Shown here: positions 62,278 to 64,000 of the stretch, piece after piece
How positions within the stretch are numbered: position 1 is the stretch's first letter
Layout: the number at the start of each line of letters is the position of its first letter
DNA from: Asterias rubens
Taxonomy: Eukaryota
Assembly (NCBI RefSeq): GCF_902459465.1
Contig: NC_047068.1
Location: 11,718,001-11,782,000 of the forward strand
Direction: 5' to 3'
DNA: 64,000 bases
The notes under the pieces: generated by a model
The model's input: the letters and a program-made list of their open reading frames with translations, nothing else
The model's database searches: none
Told to the model about the DNA's origin: nothing
Program-made: the position numbers and the translations under genes

Positions 62278-62369
62278 GGGTCAAAGGTCAGAAATGATGA
62301 CGAGGGCCTTGTTACATACAGACCTAGCTGCAATGAGTGGTCACTGCTCCAGAGGGTTGCTATAGCAAC
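62278..62369. promoter_or_regulatory. Candidate intronic enhancer: DR1 element plus RFX X-box
   Basis: GGGTCA-A-AGGTCA at 62278-62290 and the palindrome GTTGCTATAGCAAC at 62356-62369. Motif match only. Confidence 0.4.
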
Positions 62370-64000
62370 AGCACCATCTTGGATACACAGCTATTAATAT
62401 CCCATCTGCGTCATATGTCTGTACTTTGATGGTCGAGTTTAAAAGCTGCACAGACTGTTGTTGAGATGCTCATGTATCTTGTTTCTCGTTAAGTATTACC
62501 TGCTACTTAGTGTTGCTGTCTGCATGGAGCCTAAAACGTCACTACTTTTGTTTTTGCCAACCCTCACTTCCATCGTGATGTTTTTCATCCTGTATCCATT
62601 TGAGAGAAGTTTAACATAAATCAATCTTCTCTCGTGATTAAGTACAGCACATACCTTCAGTGACTCTTCCCCACGAATTGAAGGTATTTTTTTATATAAA
62701 AATCTACTTTAATGTGAATGTTGTTGTTTTATGACTGAACCTAATGAGTGTAGCATTCTTCTGACGTAAAGGAAAAGCATCAAGCCTTTAATTGATATCA
62801 AAAAGACCACAGAGTGGTAAACCTCTCTCTTTCATGGCTTTGGCTTATCAGCCATTTGCTTGTTATGAGAAGCATGGGATTATCAAGCGGAACAATTTTT
62901 TACAGGTTTTTTTCAACTTAATTTTAGATAGTTAAATTAACTTAAATTTTATGTCCACTTTTATAAACAGGAAAACAGAAAGTACTACCAGTAATTTGGG
63001 GTTACAACCATTTTTTAAAGTTTCGAATCCTACTAACCTTTTTTAACTTAGATATATAACAATTTCTGCTAAGTATAAACTAAAAGGGGACCAATCACAA
63101 ACAGTACTCACGCCATGATTTTTTGATTGGTAACTTGTTTGTTTAGATGATCTTCCCACCTAGGCAACTCGCCAAATGCTCAACGTTGGTTTAAAGTCTA
63201 TTATTATGTATTGAACAAATAAAAAAACGTCGTTCAGTAACTAGACGACAATAGTGTCTTCTCTGCTAAGCAAAATATTTTTTGCTTAACAGCTTCATGG
63301 CCCTACGACCTGCCACCTCGTCCCAACAGTTTATGATGTTTAGGTGCCCCTAATATAATAACGTAAATTATCGGCTAATCAACTTCACAAGACATCTATC
63401 TACATCTGAAACTATACAAATTCTGATCACGTCGTCGTCATGAGCTAAATCCCTACACTCTACACACTTCATACATCATTCAGGACATGCCCTGCTTATG
63501 TCTGACAAAACATCGTGGGACGACGGCACCCACCGCCATATTAAAATTTCATAAGAGGTTCGGATTGGAGTTTTAGTAACTACGTCATTCGTAATGCAAA
63601 CCTCTTGCACTCAGCCTAGCAGGGAAAAGGCGAAGTGTGAATAAACCAAGAATTTGTCCTTTCTGATGTCATTTTATTTCTACTTAATCTGCAAAATGAA
63701 ATGATTTTGTGTTTTCAGAAATCAAAGATTTTGTCAGGATAGTTTGTATAAAAAAAGGGAATAAAAAAGTGGGAGCAAGAACTTAACCGGCAAAACGGGT
63801 AGAGTTGTCGGCTCAGTCCATTATATCCTGGCCACGATCCAGCAAGGGTGATGGCCAGTTATGACCAAGTCACTTCTTATTTTTTCACATTCAATGCCCT
63901 TTTTTTGCTTATAATTGTATCAAGGTGCTGCACTGTAAAAACCTATTTCAAGGAGGAGACTATTTTCACATGATTGTCATCTCAACTACTTACAATCGGT

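Overview
This is AT-rich animal genomic DNA, not prokaryotic. I infer an invertebrate deuterostome, echinoderm-like. The window is occupied by the 5' half of one large minus-strand gene, a T-type voltage-gated calcium channel alpha-1 subunit (Cav3; CACNA1G/H/I family). I reconstructed 13 coding exons by hand: 57941-58183, 45782-45879, 41500-41674, 40467-40764, 33291-33383, 29627-30425, 28480-29042, 20761-20912, 19713-19901, 18654-18768, 14403-14558, 1858-1999 and 1-89 (cut by the window edge). All phases join into one open frame of about 1037 codons, covering domain I, the I-II linker, domain II and the start of the II-III linker. Several of these exons are missing from the ORF track. The first coding exon and domains III-IV lie outside the window. 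The introns are filled with TIR MITEs (many TTAA-flanked, Kolobok-like), tRNA-derived SINEs, L2/CR1-type LINE 3' ends and tandem repeats, and there is a 310-N gap. The most interesting observations are: a U12 AT-AC intron acceptor; a single tri-cysteine exon-12a-type domain II turret, suggesting a constitutively Na+-permeable T-channel; a Cys-Pro hexapeptide coding minisatellite in the I-II linker; an in-frame internal donor resembling the optional exon 8b; an AG-free, duplicated acceptor region before the domain I pore exon, which is also bracketed by palindromic MITEs; a satellite of decoy acceptors; and degenerate Penelope-type hammerhead ribozyme motifs. I found no CRISPR array, rRNA or intact tRNA. 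I cannot support a wholly new biological system; the novelty candidates are channel-isoform and RNA-processing features.
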